A stretch of DNA of 64,000 bases, taken from positions 147,230 to 211,229 of IMG/VR virus record IMGVR_UViG_3300005077_000489. One strand, written 5' to 3'. Source of the DNA: a virus (taxonomy: Duplodnaviria; Caudoviricetes). Within the stretch, counting starts at the first letter, position 1. The number at the start of each line of letters is the position of its first letter. The position numbers and the translations under genes are program-made. The notes under the pieces are model-generated. The model was not told the origin of the DNA. It made no database searches and saw only the letters and a program-made list of their open reading frames with translations. Shown here in pieces: positions 1 to 10,988 of the stretch.

Positions 1-593
1 TTGTATGGAGGTCTAAGGGTGGTTCAGATACTATTACTAATTTGATTACATTATGTAAGAAGTGCCACAACAAGGTACATAGTAATAAATTAACATTGGA
101 CTTACGAGGTTCTAACAATTTTAAAGACCGTATAGCACAACGTACAATGCAAGGTAAATCTTATCTTTATAGACAATTAGGAAATCCTGGGTTAGTTTAT
201 GGATATGAAACCGCTGAGCAGCGTAAGAAATTACAATTGGATAAAACACACATGATAGATGCATTTATAATTGCTGGTGGTAATAAATATACAACTGATA
301 ACTCTTATTTCATAAATTTCAGACTTAGGCAAACTAGGCGACAATATTATGATTTGCCTAGAAAAGGGGTGGGTAGAGTTAGATATCAAGTCAATGAAGA
401 ATTAAATGGATTTAAAAAAGGGGATGTCGTTTTGGTAAAATCTTTTGTGAAACAAATTAATTCGATTCGTAGTGATGGACGCTTAGGTTTTTCTAAAAGC
501 ATAAATAGTGGACCACAGACGGCACTACCAAAACATTGTATATTACTAGAACGCCAGAAGACAGTTGTCTTTAATACAGTTAATATAAGGTAG
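1..593 (+). CDS. iscB: IscB (RRXRR/HNH, IS200/IS605 OMEGA RNA-guided nuclease), 3' part only, truncated by window edge
   Basis: Frame is open from base 3: VWRSKGGSDTITNLITLCKKCHNKVH is an HNH motif. It is followed by YGYETAEQRKKLQLDKTHMIDAFIIA (RuvC-III, 'K-x-H-x-x-D-A' typical of IscB) and a basic C-terminal domain (FKKGDVV). The ORF-track start at 42 is internal. Confidence 0.8.
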   Translation, partial: VWRSKGGSDTITNLITLCKKCHNKVHSNKLTLDLRGSNNFKDRIAQRTMQGKSYLYRQLGNPGLVYGYETAEQRKKLQLDKTHMIDAFIIAGGNKYTTDNSYFINFRLRQTRRQYYDLPRKGVGRVRYQVNEELNGFKKGDVVLVKSFVKQINSIRSDGRLGFSKSINSGPQTALPKHCILLERQKTVVFNTVNIR

Positions 594-599
594 GTAAAA

Positions 600-2141
600 A
601 TGGCTTATGAAAACATTAGGTTAGATGTGGCTTCTTTTTGTGCGGCGGGTGAGTATTTCTATGAAATGAAACCTGCTCCCACTAATATGCTTATACAGAA
701 ATCGAGTTACGGCGATTCTGTAATGGCTTATCCATTTTCGCACGAGATAGATTTATCCCTTGCAGGAGGAGCATTCTTATCTCTTCAGTACGATGGAATA
801 AACTTTTGGTCTTTGGAGAAAAGATATATAGATGGACAAGGAACAGAAAAGGAGAGGATCTTAAGGAGATGGAGGATAGAGAACTTTGTTTGTAATCTAA
901 AAGACTCTTGGCGTATAAGAGCACAAGGAATAGAGAGTATAAATGGAGAAGCCTTTGCCATAGAACATTACTATAATACAATTACTACAGCAGTTGGTCC
1001 TGGAACAGGTAATCTAGATAGGATTTATTTGACATATCCGCGTGCATCCTTTTTCCACGTTACTGATAAATTGACTTTAAAGTCGGCTACTCAGGATTAT
1101 ATACAAGATGTTGCTGTTGCTACTACGCCTGATAATTCAACGGTATGGACTGCAGAACCTGTAACTAATGTTTACTTACCCGGGGATTCTGTTGTTTTAC
1201 GAAGGGATTTATACTTCTTTAATAATCAATCACCCAGCGAGGGTTCAGCCGGTGCCGCTCTTTACCATTTTTCGGTCCCGCACATAACTGCTGCAGATCC
1301 TACTGCTCTTAATGAATTAACCTATAAAGGCTGCCATGAAAGTGGGGTTTATGAACAGACTAAGTGTGCTACCTTCATAACGACCTCTGGACAGTCAGAC
1401 GCCATTAATCAGTCATATTACACCGGGTTAATAAGTTATGTTAGAGGGCAACAATTATTGTTGAAAAGACCAAACTTACCCGGGGGCGGATTACAGTATC
1501 CTGGTCCAAGTTCTGCTGGAGTTGTAACAACTGGTTTTGATTATGTCGGTACGAATACAGAATTCAGAGATAATGTGTCTTCTATGATTATGGACAACGC
1601 TCTAAAGAATGATAGGATTAATCTCTGGACTATTTATGACTTAGGTGCTTCTGTGCATCCTACTAATTGTGTTAGTGTTAATATCTATAGATTGCAGATG
1701 GGTTATACGTATGGAGCACTGGAAGGGAGCTGGTCTACCTATAATTATGTTGTATCGGTTCTGAAACCACTTGTAACCTCTATTGCCTTGACTGCAGAAC
1801 CCGCTTTAGTTGTTGCTAACGGGGTAGACAGGGCATTTATATGGGCTACAGTAAGAGACCAATATGGTGCGGCATTAAATTATAAACGTGTCGTGTTCGG
1901 ACTACAGGCTACGGATGACGATGCCGAGGGTTATTTTATTTGCCCAGACTCAATCTCATCTTGTGTCCCTGGTAGTTTTACGTGGTTAGACAGCCCACCG
2001 CACAAAGAGGCTGAAGTATTAACAGGGAGTCAATCGTCTTATCCTGGCGGACCCCCGGCTATGGGTGGTCAAGCAGTCATAGAGTGGAGGTCAGGAACTA
2101 AGGCTGGGTTAGTTACGATTGTTGCTATAGTACAACCGTAA
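600..2141 (+). CDS. Putative virion structural protein with C-terminal invasin/intimin-type Ig (Big_1) domain
   Basis: 513 aa. C-terminal SIALTAEPALVVANGVDRAFIWATVRDQYGAALNYKRVVF...AGLVTIVA matches the Big_1 pattern; lies in the structural block. Confidence 0.55.
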   Translation: MAYENIRLDVASFCAAGEYFYEMKPAPTNMLIQKSSYGDSVMAYPFSHEIDLSLAGGAFLSLQYDGINFWSLEKRYIDGQGTEKERILRRWRIENFVCNLKDSWRIRAQGIESINGEAFAIEHYYNTITTAVGPGTGNLDRIYLTYPRASFFHVTDKLTLKSATQDYIQDVAVATTPDNSTVWTAEPVTNVYLPGDSVVLRRDLYFFNNQSPSEGSAGAALYHFSVPHITAADPTALNELTYKGCHESGVYEQTKCATFITTSGQSDAINQSYYTGLISYVRGQQLLLKRPNLPGGGLQYPGPSSAGVVTTGFDYVGTNTEFRDNVSSMIMDNALKNDRINLWTIYDLGASVHPTNCVSVNIYRLQMGYTYGALEGSWSTYNYVVSVLKPLVTSIALTAEPALVVANGVDRAFIWATVRDQYGAALNYKRVVFGLQATDDDAEGYFICPDSISSCVPGSFTWLDSPPHKEAEVLTGSQSSYPGGPPAMGGQAVIEWRSGTKAGLVTIVAIVQP

Positions 2142-2142
2142 T

Positions 2143-4128
2143 ATGGAAAAGTCTATATTAATAAGAGGCCCAAGTGAAAAAGAGAGTAATCACAATGTCC
2201 AGAGTTATACCTACGGGCATGAGTGGGGAGAGTCTGTAGAATATCTAGACCCCGATAATGATGCGGTTTATAGTTATTATAGAACTAATGGACCTCCGGA
2301 TTATAAGATTACAGGAGAGTTTGATACTCCGTGGGATACCCAACTGTACATACCACAGGGGATTCTACTAGCTCCACGCGATGACCCTGGTCAAACCATG
2401 ACATACGGAAGAAAGCCCTCCTATGTACGTATTATAGCTAACAAAGGGGCTTGGCCACATATAACGGAGGAAGAAAGAACATGGATACAATCACATCTGA
2501 GCGAGGTCACGGATGAATTCTTATGCCCTGTTTTTTGGGGGTTGGACTTTGTTTATTTCTTATATCGCGATCCTTCTCTTTACGGAACTGTTTGTAATCC
2601 TGGTGGTTATTTTACTATTAGGACGCAAGAAGAAATAGAAACACATCAGATGATAGATGCACCTTGGAATGCAGTTAACATAGAGACAATGACCATAAGT
2701 GGAACTCTAATCAGTGGTTCTACTACTTTAAGTATAACCATGCCTTGGGTTGATACTGGCGGTCTTACAGGCTTCTATATGGATACGAGTTTTTTAAATA
2801 CTGGAGGTTACTTCTTCCTGGGACCTAATGCTCAGGGAGAGTCTGGTTCAGCTCGACTTATTTCTATAATAGACAGTGAAAATGTAGAAATTACTCCCAC
2901 ACCTTATACCTTTCAACATGGAGATGCTATATTATATAAAGACTCCTCTATAGAGAAAGGATATGATTTTCATGTACCCGAGGGATCTGGAGCACATATT
3001 CTGGGAGGCGGGGAATACACAACATCAAGCGGAGGACACAGTACTGAAACCTTAATAGAGTTGAGAGGAGGACTAGAGACTTTTACTATAATAGAGACTT
3101 TTATACCTATTCCTTGGGCTATACCGGCTCCCTATTCTATTCGCAATGTACCATTCACCAATATTTGGCAGCGATTTCAGAATCCCTCCGTTCCATTAAA
3201 CTGGGATACATTAATCTATAAAGTTAACGGGTTAGATATTACCCCAGATGTAGAGTTGACACTTATCCCGGGGGGAGCCGAATTATTTTATGACCCTCCA
3301 ACAGATTTTCCACTAGCTAGTAAGGTCTACATAGATATTTATGTTTCTGCTTCTCCTAGTATCCTGAGAACTTTTGCGGATAATGTAATAGTTGGTACAG
3401 AATATGTGAATATTGCTGATGGTGATGCTTCTATTATACAACCAGGAGGCTTCGTATTCTTAGGACCAAATAATCTGGGGCAGAGCGAATCAAAAGAAGT
3501 TCGGGGGGTAGTTAATGATACGCAGATATTGATATATGCGACAGAATATGAATATTCTGCTGGAGACGAGATTCTATATACATATGATGATTATCCTTTA
3601 TCTATAAAGTATTGGTTCGATATCGTAGATGATTTTAAGCCACCTACTATATATAATATGTATCCTTCACAAGGAATGGTGAACATAGATGTAAACCACT
3701 GGATACGATTCGAGATAAGGGATGAGGGTTTGGGGGTGGATATAAGTTCCTTAACCTTTACTGTAAATAACTTAGTTGTCATACCTACTATCTATAAGTA
3801 TAGTGATTATTGGTATCAAGTTATTTATGAACCACCCGTACCTTATTATTATAACGCTCCTATTGAGTGTTTTGCAACTGTCACAGATTTATCTAGTCAG
3901 AGAAATAGAGCCTTCGCTGTTTGGAGTTTTAATACAGGTCCGTCTGTCACTCCAATAATAATGAATCCTGTTCCTGGCTATTGTGCATTTCCAGTACATG
4001 CAAATGCTGATGTGAAGTTAGACGTTTTTGCTAGGGAAGGAGGAGCTAATTGGCCCTCCATGACTTTTACTATAGACCAAAAGAAGTATGAATACTATAG
4101 TTATCCGAAAATCTATAGGTTTAAATAA
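2143..4128 (+). CDS. Putative virion structural protein with internal repeats and Ig-like (Big_5/SbsA-like) domains
   Basis: 661 aa. Duplicated segment (GGYFFLGPNAQGESGS...YTFQHGDAILY / GGFVFLGPNNLGQSESK...YEYSAGDEILY). DDFKPPTIYNMYPSQG...IRFEIRDEGLGVDISSLTFTVNN is an Ig-like module. Confidence 0.5.
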   Translation: MEKSILIRGPSEKESNHNVQSYTYGHEWGESVEYLDPDNDAVYSYYRTNGPPDYKITGEFDTPWDTQLYIPQGILLAPRDDPGQTMTYGRKPSYVRIIANKGAWPHITEEERTWIQSHLSEVTDEFLCPVFWGLDFVYFLYRDPSLYGTVCNPGGYFTIRTQEEIETHQMIDAPWNAVNIETMTISGTLISGSTTLSITMPWVDTGGLTGFYMDTSFLNTGGYFFLGPNAQGESGSARLISIIDSENVEITPTPYTFQHGDAILYKDSSIEKGYDFHVPEGSGAHILGGGEYTTSSGGHSTETLIELRGGLETFTIIETFIPIPWAIPAPYSIRNVPFTNIWQRFQNPSVPLNWDTLIYKVNGLDITPDVELTLIPGGAELFYDPPTDFPLASKVYIDIYVSASPSILRTFADNVIVGTEYVNIADGDASIIQPGGFVFLGPNNLGQSESKEVRGVVNDTQILIYATEYEYSAGDEILYTYDDYPLSIKYWFDIVDDFKPPTIYNMYPSQGMVNIDVNHWIRFEIRDEGLGVDISSLTFTVNNLVVIPTIYKYSDYWYQVIYEPPVPYYYNAPIECFATVTDLSSQRNRAFAVWSFNTGPSVTPIIMNPVPGYCAFPVHANADVKLDVFAREGGANWPSMTFTIDQKKYEYYSYPKIYRFK

Positions 4129-4142
4129 GAAGGAGGGTTAAG

Positions 4143-5300
4143 ATGCAAGTAGGTAAAATATCATCTTATAACTTAGAAAAGAATTTTAATAAATTTTACA
4201 GTGAAATGAATGGGACTACTGGGTCTGGTCATGTTAGTTATTGTCCTAAGATAATACATAACCAAGAACAGATAGTTCGTTGCCAACTACGGGATGGGTC
4301 AGCAACCCCTAATGGGATAATAAAATATTGGAACATGGACGGTACAGAGGCTGCTCAATTCACCATTGGTTCCGGGGGAGTGCCTTATAAGAATGTACTA
4401 GACATTGCTTGGATAAATGATGAAATGAAATTTGTTTACATTACATCTGACCCTTCCCTAGTGACTGGTAGTACTTATAATATATATAAATGTGGTGTAG
4501 ATGGAGCCGACCCTGAGTTACTAATTAGTGAGTTTGATGGTGGGTCGGAATATGCTGCGTGGGCGGTTGCGTCTGTTAGTGGATATGTGGGTATTTGTGC
4601 TAGTGATACAGATCTATTCGTGAAGACGGGTAAAAATCTGTATAAAATTCCCGAAGGTACTACTGGTGATTGGGGATCTGTGAGTGGAGATACAATTTTG
4701 TTAGATGACGGTTTCCATTACGGAGACGGCGTGGGGTGCCAGAATCTGATGTACCAACCAGATGCTACTACTTCAGGTTATATTTTATATACATGGTATG
4801 ATTCGTCAATCGATACTTTGTACTTAAGGAGTATAGACACCCAAGATACTATGGCATATGATGCGTCTAGATGGGCTATGCTTGATGTTACCTATTATTC
4901 GAGTGTAAAAGAACCCATATTCTTAAATCAATTAGATACTGATGCTTTACATGTTTTAGTACCTACGGCAGTTACAGCTACCGGTACTGTTACCCAGCAA
5001 GCTGCTTACCTTAATGTTTTTAATATTGATGACAATATTGCGGCATTTTTGAATGTTAATTCCTCTGACACAGTGATGCCTGCTGGTATCGGTGCTACCT
5101 CCGACATTATTGCCACAGTAGTTAATTGTTGGGGTACCACGCTGTCAGGGAAGTTGGTTCAGTTCTGGGTCAGTAGTGGAGATGGCGGAGTTTATCCTAC
5201 ATATGATACTAGTGATGCAAATGGGCGTGCTCAAACAGAATTTACTACTGGAGCTAACGTAGGTATATCGACCGTTGCAGTTGTGGTTAATGAAGCATAA
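4143..5300 (+). CDS. Putative virion structural protein with C-terminal Big_1 Ig domain
   Basis: 385 aa. C-terminal ATSDIIATVVNCWGTTLSGKLVQFWVSSGDG...TSDANGRAQTEFTTGANVGISTVAV is a Big_1 signature. SD AGGAGG precedes the ATG. Confidence 0.55.
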   Translation: MQVGKISSYNLEKNFNKFYSEMNGTTGSGHVSYCPKIIHNQEQIVRCQLRDGSATPNGIIKYWNMDGTEAAQFTIGSGGVPYKNVLDIAWINDEMKFVYITSDPSLVTGSTYNIYKCGVDGADPELLISEFDGGSEYAAWAVASVSGYVGICASDTDLFVKTGKNLYKIPEGTTGDWGSVSGDTILLDDGFHYGDGVGCQNLMYQPDATTSGYILYTWYDSSIDTLYLRSIDTQDTMAYDASRWAMLDVTYYSSVKEPIFLNQLDTDALHVLVPTAVTATGTVTQQAAYLNVFNIDDNIAAFLNVNSSDTVMPAGIGATSDIIATVVNCWGTTLSGKLVQFWVSSGDGGVYPTYDTSDANGRAQTEFTTGANVGISTVAVVVNEA

Positions 5301-5308
5301 GGATTGTT

Positions 5309-8300
5309 ATGGATTGTACTATAAGTGGTGTAATAACAGGTTCTGGAACTTTAACTACGAGCGGTACAACTGTATCGGGCGGTTGCCCCTCATGCTCCGG
5401 CAGTCATTATGTTTATTATACTTATGCAATACCTAGGGAGTGCATCAATGCTACTACCACTTTATTTACTTCTGTAAGTGGACTAGAGCAGGATTATGTA
5501 TTACAGACGCAACAAATACAAGATACGGTTGGTTTTGGTCCTATAGACATTGGTGAAGGTTTAATTGCATGGCATAGATTTGTAGAGTCAGATGGTTATT
5601 ACTATGATTGGTCTTCAAACACTTATGATGCCCAAGCCTTAGGGAATGTAATTAATAGTGAGGGAAGATACGGTCAGGGGGTCCGCGTCGGAGAATATCC
5701 CCATGGATGTATCTCTGCTCCTATACCTACCCAGAGTGGGAGCAACTATATGTTGTCATTCTGGTTGAAACCCTCCGTTCTGCTTACTTCGGGTAATAAT
5801 ACTTCGTTCCGTTTATTTGAATCGGATACTTTCTATGGCGATCATTTCGCTGATTCTAATGACTACAATGTGCTACGTCCATATAAAGGGTGGACGCTGC
5901 TGAATACTACAACTACGGCTGTAGCCGGATATAATTCTACGTACCTTAGATTTAAGGGAGCGTCCAACACTAATTGGTTTTCTGGTACGTGGACAGCCTC
6001 TACAATATATTTTAATATAGAAAGAAACAGAGATTGGGATATAGAGACGGAACTATTAACAAACGAACTCATTGGTGACCAGGCTGCTGGATTTATCTTT
6101 TTTGACCGTTTGTCTTATGTTAATTATTGTTCATTAATAATAGACTGTGATAACAATGCAGTTACCACTTATGATGATTTGACTCCACCTATGGATGGGA
6201 ATACATCCCCTACCCCTTACATAGTTGCTGCTACGTCAGAGAATAGTTCTAGTTATGCTGCTTATAAGGCTTTTGACCATTCTAATGATAGTTATGGCTG
6301 GAGGTCTAATACAGGATTACCAGCAGCCATATATTTTTATTTTGGTATTCCCATATATGTAACACATTATAGGTTTCGTAGTGTGAATGCGGCGGACAGT
6401 AGAGGGTTTCCTGCAAATTTTACTTTATACGGGAGCAATGCTGCCAGTCCTAGTGTTAGTGATGATGCCGATTGGGTTCAGATAGACCAAAGGACATCTA
6501 CTTCTTATCCAGGACAGGATGGGTATACTTCTTGGTTCGCTATTTCGTCACCTTCTTCTTATACATATTATAAGATAAAGATTACGTCTGTTAGTAGTGA
6601 CACTTTTGTTTGGATAGGTGAAGTAGAGTTTTCTGAGTATGAGTATACTCCGGCTACAGTTAGTGTTTTAGTCCAGACAGATTCCTTCTCTTATACTGTT
6701 TCCTCTAGTATCACCCAGGACTTATTATCTACTTTCAAGCTAGGTTTGGTGAAACGTGGTAATATAATAACATTTAGATACAAACCATATTACGCAAATT
6801 ATTGGTTAGATACAATCTACGAGATGGATTGCTCTCTATGGAGTAATTCCATGGCTCTGGGATTGCAAAGTAGAAACCCATCGGGAGTTTCGCCAGAGAT
6901 TTATTTTGATTATCTATCCTTTACTCGTGGTCTAAAACCTGATAACGTCGGGGATGAAGAAGCTCCTGGTAGATTAATTATATCATATAATGAGACTGAT
7001 GTTTATGGGGAAATCGGGGTACGAGATGATAGTCGAATTTGGGCACAGACTACACGAAGTGGTCATGCTTTTGGTACCTCTACATATAATTGGGAACCGG
7101 ATACTTGGTATTTATTACAGTTTGGTTTTGCTCCTGATGCTGCTGCCGGTGATTATACTTGGTGGGTAGATGCGACTCGGGAGAATGGTTTACTGGTTGG
7201 GTCGGGTACCGGTGGGTCTTCTATTTATTATAATAATGTCATTAATTATTTTGATTCTTATCCTATGCCCGCCAGTGGAGTTTTTACTATTGATGAGGTT
7301 TCTCACTGGAGTAGGTGGCTGACTGCGGAAGAAATTCTTAGAATGTTAAACAGGGTTTCTCAATCTGCGTGGTTGGCAGTGGCAGATTATTTATATGGCA
7401 ACGATAGTTTTTTGACTGCGGCTGTTTCCGTATCTGGAGGTTATGGTTTGTACTCCGATGTAAACCATAAGGATTTCTATTATCATACACAGTATCAAGC
7501 ACCCTTATTACCACAAGCAGAAGTAACTTATAATAAGATTAGTTATAGGATACAGAAGGAATACAAGGTTGTGGCGGCTCGGATAGATGAATTTGTACTG
7601 AATATATTTAGATGTTCCAGTGGTTGGATAACTAATATGGAAGAATGTTTCAATTGTGCTAATAGTAGTGCTTGTCTCTGCGATGTCCGCGGCGGTATTG
7701 CTATTTATACCTTGCCGTTCTGGGGCAATCAATTCAATAAATTATTCCATATTATAAGCCGACAGAAGTATAATTACAACAATGTGTTATTAATCCGTAT
7801 AGATACTCTGACCGGGCAGTATTCAATCATGGGTTACGATTTAAATTCTCCCTATCCAACTTCTTTAATCCCGGCAAACAACCAGCGTATGATACATCCG
7901 GAATTATTATGGCAAGATGAACCAAATATAACTATAGAAATTTCTGATTTCGGTGGTAACCTCGCTGAGGATCGGAGTCGTGTTTGGATAAAGAGAGAGA
8001 ATGTTGGGTATAATACTTTTACTAAAATTGATGATTTCTGCTTTTATGAAGAAGACTTTAAATTACTACCCACTTATTCAGGTTCTTTAGGGACGACTGT
8101 ATCAGGGAATGGATGGACAATAGTAAATATCGATAATACTATATCTTGCAAGGTTAATGATAACTTTAATAGTAATGTTGTGTTGGATTATACTGACATA
8201 GTTGCGTCCGGGGTCGAAGGAAGTTTGACCACCTCTGGGCTCAACGATAGTTTGGAAACAATAAAAAATTATACTTATTACTATAATCCTGAATGTTCTA

Positions 8301-10987
8301 TAAGCGGAACTAGGAATCTAGAGGTGATAACAACAAGTGGTGCTTGGTCTAGTATTTTAGGTAATAATTTAACGGCACCCTTTGCTTATCAACTCATACC
8401 TTCTACTGTTTCTGGGTGGGATTTTATTACTAAAGTAAATAGTTCTTTTGAGGGAGATACTAGAGGACAATATTGTGGGCTGATGGCTGCTTCACCGACA
8501 AACAATACTAAATATACTCAATTGTTACTTTCTCCGAGTGGTGTTATACTTAGACCGACACCCACGTTGAGTGGTGTTTATATTAATACTGGTAAAAATA
8601 GTTATGACCCCATCTGGTTCAAAATAAATAAGAACAATAACGTATTAAAATATTACTGGTCTCTTACAGGTAGTTCCTGGACACAGTATACGTCCGTGAG
8701 TGGAGAGTCCTTTCTTAATACTAATAACTTAGCAGTTGGTCCTGTAGTTATATCAGAACGAGCGGGATATGACACTGGGGTTACAAAAGCCTGGTTTGAG
8801 TTTGTAAAATTTACCACATCTGGGAATAATACCAGCGAAATAAATTTTAATAATGGTGGGTGGGAACTCCTGTTAGAAGGTTCATACCCTGTTAATTCTA
8901 TAGATAATTCCGGTTATGTAAGCTATACCAAAGTGGCTGACTACAGATATATTTTGAACTATGAACCAAAAGAGTCATTCGTGGGTGGTGAACAGGTCTA
9001 TGTTCGTACAGAATCCCACGATGTGCCTAGTTTTAAGATAGACTATTCTTATGGTAATGACCTACTATTACTCAAAGGTGACGGGGTCCACGGTCAAGTT
9101 GTGGACAGTAATTATGGAGAATTGGGGGCTAGCGGTATTAATACTGCTTTTATATTTGACTCCTCTTCCTATAACTTAAAAACATATTCCGTATCAGGGA
9201 CTAATAGTGTAACTACTACGACCGGTATAAAATATTTGGGTAATGGTTCCTTTTATTTCCCCACTAATATTGGTCTTACTACTGAGGCTGTGCCCTATGA
9301 TTTATCTACCACTAATTGGACATTTCATACATGGATCAATACTACGTCCACTTCGGGTAGTATACTATCCTTTCTGCCTATTACAGGTAATAGTTTTATA
9401 TGTAAATATTATAGTAGTAGGTTGAACTTCTTAAGTGGGACTACCCTATTAGGTTCTGGAACTATCTTTACCATCCCTACTGGTTGGAACCACCTCGGTG
9501 TGATGCGTAATAATGATTATCTATATGGTTATTTTAACGGTAAGATGGTTGCTTCCTCATACATCGGTAATATTACGTTGGCTACAGCATCGGGTAGCAG
9601 AATAAAATTGATGGGTGATAATATAACAGGTTATCTAGATATGGTTACGTTAAAAGATAGCCCTATATTCTCTGATACTCTAGTATCAACAAACGATCTG
9701 GATATTATTACTTCTTTTAATATTGCTAGTAGTCATGGTTTCGAGGTTACGTTGAATTGTGTAACAGACGACCATGCCCCCGTGGTTGTACCAGTAGACC
9801 CAGTTCCTTACCAACAATTAATATGTCCTTCGTCGGGTATTGTTTTTGATATCTTAGACGATTTTACAGGTGTGAAGTGGACACAAACCAGTATTATAAT
9901 AGATGGTATAACTGTTTGGTCTGGCGGGAACAACATGACAGACTACTTCGATGATAGAGGCACATTGATATATGAGGAGACAGGGGAGAAGGGCGGTGAG
10001 TGGGCAGATACGCAAGGAACCTCCTTCGAAAAATCAGACGGGATAAACCGATTACTATATCCTCCTGGGACAGTATACAGTGGTAGTGGTGCTTGGGGAC
10101 GCCGTTATACATATTATTTACCCGATGCAACACAAATTAATTATTTTGGTAGAACAATAAATATTACGATATCTGGCACAGACGATTTTGGCTACCTATC
10201 ATATTTAGATAGTTTTTACCCTAATGAATTTTCTTATGATTACGAATTCAGTTTCATTTATAACACTAATATTCAATTCGCGAATTGTTTTATGGTTCCT
10301 GGAGAAAGTTATCGTATAGATGAAATAGAAGCTCGCGGGTGGAACTTCTGTACAGATATATTTGACAGTGAATATCCGGTTACAGATATAGATGATGCGG
10401 AATGTTATATAAATTTCAACGACGGTATAAATCAGTTTACTGCATCAGGGACTTGGATGACAACATGGACGGGTGAGTTAGGTACTACATCTGGTGTCTT
10501 CCATCGAATACAATGGTATCCGGATAATCATTGGAACTGGGGTGGTAACAGGGCGATGTACTTAACTATAGAAGCACATAATACGCATCCATATTGTGAT
10601 GTCTATAACACCGTAGAGTATATATATTACTATGGTAAAGAAATTTGGTGGTATCACACCGCGAGGCGTAATGATTTAAAACAATACCCTCCTTTTGATT
10701 TGAACCATAAGTTACCAGTTCTAATAGGCATAAAGACACAGGACTTTATACCTGAAACATTTTTCAGGTCTTATCTGTTCTGGACGCATCCCGGTAAAAC
10801 ATATGATTTGGGAGTTACACTGAAAGCTATACCAAAACCGACGAAGGATTTAAAAGTCGGTATACTGGCACATAGTCATTACTTACAATATAGTGAGGAT
10901 GTTGATGTAGAAATCTATTGTAAAGATTTAGATGGAAATGAAATAACATATACGTGGATTTTTACCACGGAAGATAAACCAAATTAA
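5309..10987 (+). CDS. Large virion (tail/fibre/decoration) protein with discoidin-like, LamG/ConA-like and Ig-like domains
   Basis: 1892 aa. TPPMDGNTSPTPYIVAATSENSSSYAAYKAFD...YTYYKIKIT...IGEVEF (discoidin/F5-8C-like). WTFHTWI...GWNHLGVMRNNDYLYGYFNG (LamG). WDFITKV...CGLM...WFKINKNNNVLKYYWSLTGSSW (DUF1349-type ConA). 40 Ser-Gly dipeptides counted by hand. Confidence 0.6.
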   Translation: MDCTISGVITGSGTLTTSGTTVSGGCPSCSGSHYVYYTYAIPRECINATTTLFTSVSGLEQDYVLQTQQIQDTVGFGPIDIGEGLIAWHRFVESDGYYYDWSSNTYDAQALGNVINSEGRYGQGVRVGEYPHGCISAPIPTQSGSNYMLSFWLKPSVLLTSGNNTSFRLFESDTFYGDHFADSNDYNVLRPYKGWTLLNTTTTAVAGYNSTYLRFKGASNTNWFSGTWTASTIYFNIERNRDWDIETELLTNELIGDQAAGFIFFDRLSYVNYCSLIIDCDNNAVTTYDDLTPPMDGNTSPTPYIVAATSENSSSYAAYKAFDHSNDSYGWRSNTGLPAAIYFYFGIPIYVTHYRFRSVNAADSRGFPANFTLYGSNAASPSVSDDADWVQIDQRTSTSYPGQDGYTSWFAISSPSSYTYYKIKITSVSSDTFVWIGEVEFSEYEYTPATVSVLVQTDSFSYTVSSSITQDLLSTFKLGLVKRGNIITFRYKPYYANYWLDTIYEMDCSLWSNSMALGLQSRNPSGVSPEIYFDYLSFTRGLKPDNVGDEEAPGRLIISYNETDVYGEIGVRDDSRIWAQTTRSGHAFGTSTYNWEPDTWYLLQFGFAPDAAAGDYTWWVDATRENGLLVGSGTGGSSIYYNNVINYFDSYPMPASGVFTIDEVSHWSRWLTAEEILRMLNRVSQSAWLAVADYLYGNDSFLTAAVSVSGGYGLYSDVNHKDFYYHTQYQAPLLPQAEVTYNKISYRIQKEYKVVAARIDEFVLNIFRCSSGWITNMEECFNCANSSACLCDVRGGIAIYTLPFWGNQFNKLFHIISRQKYNYNNVLLIRIDTLTGQYSIMGYDLNSPYPTSLIPANNQRMIHPELLWQDEPNITIEISDFGGNLAEDRSRVWIKRENVGYNTFTKIDDFCFYEEDFKLLPTYSGSLGTTVSGNGWTIVNIDNTISCKVNDNFNSNVVLDYTDIVASGVEGSLTTSGLNDSLETIKNYTYYYNPECSISGTRNLEVITTSGAWSSILGNNLTAPFAYQLIPSTVSGWDFITKVNSSFEGDTRGQYCGLMAASPTNNTKYTQLLLSPSGVILRPTPTLSGVYINTGKNSYDPIWFKINKNNNVLKYYWSLTGSSWTQYTSVSGESFLNTNNLAVGPVVISERAGYDTGVTKAWFEFVKFTTSGNNTSEINFNNGGWELLLEGSYPVNSIDNSGYVSYTKVADYRYILNYEPKESFVGGEQVYVRTESHDVPSFKIDYSYGNDLLLLKGDGVHGQVVDSNYGELGASGINTAFIFDSSSYNLKTYSVSGTNSVTTTTGIKYLGNGSFYFPTNIGLTTEAVPYDLSTTNWTFHTWINTTSTSGSILSFLPITGNSFICKYYSSRLNFLSGTTLLGSGTIFTIPTGWNHLGVMRNNDYLYGYFNGKMVASSYIGNITLATASGSRIKLMGDNITGYLDMVTLKDSPIFSDTLVSTNDLDIITSFNIASSHGFEVTLNCVTDDHAPVVVPVDPVPYQQLICPSSGIVFDILDDFTGVKWTQTSIIIDGITVWSGGNNMTDYFDDRGTLIYEETGEKGGEWADTQGTSFEKSDGINRLLYPPGTVYSGSGAWGRRYTYYLPDATQINYFGRTINITISGTDDFGYLSYLDSFYPNEFSYDYEFSFIYNTNIQFANCFMVPGESYRIDEIEARGWNFCTDIFDSEYPVTDIDDAECYINFNDGINQFTASGTWMTTWTGELGTTSGVFHRIQWYPDNHWNWGGNRAMYLTIEAHNTHPYCDVYNTVEYIYYYGKEIWWYHTARRNDLKQYPPFDLNHKLPVLIGIKTQDFIPETFFRSYLFWTHPGKTYDLGVTLKAIPKPTKDLKVGILAHSHYLQYSEDVDVEIYCKDLDGNEITYTWIFTTEDKPN

Positions 10988-10988
10988 C

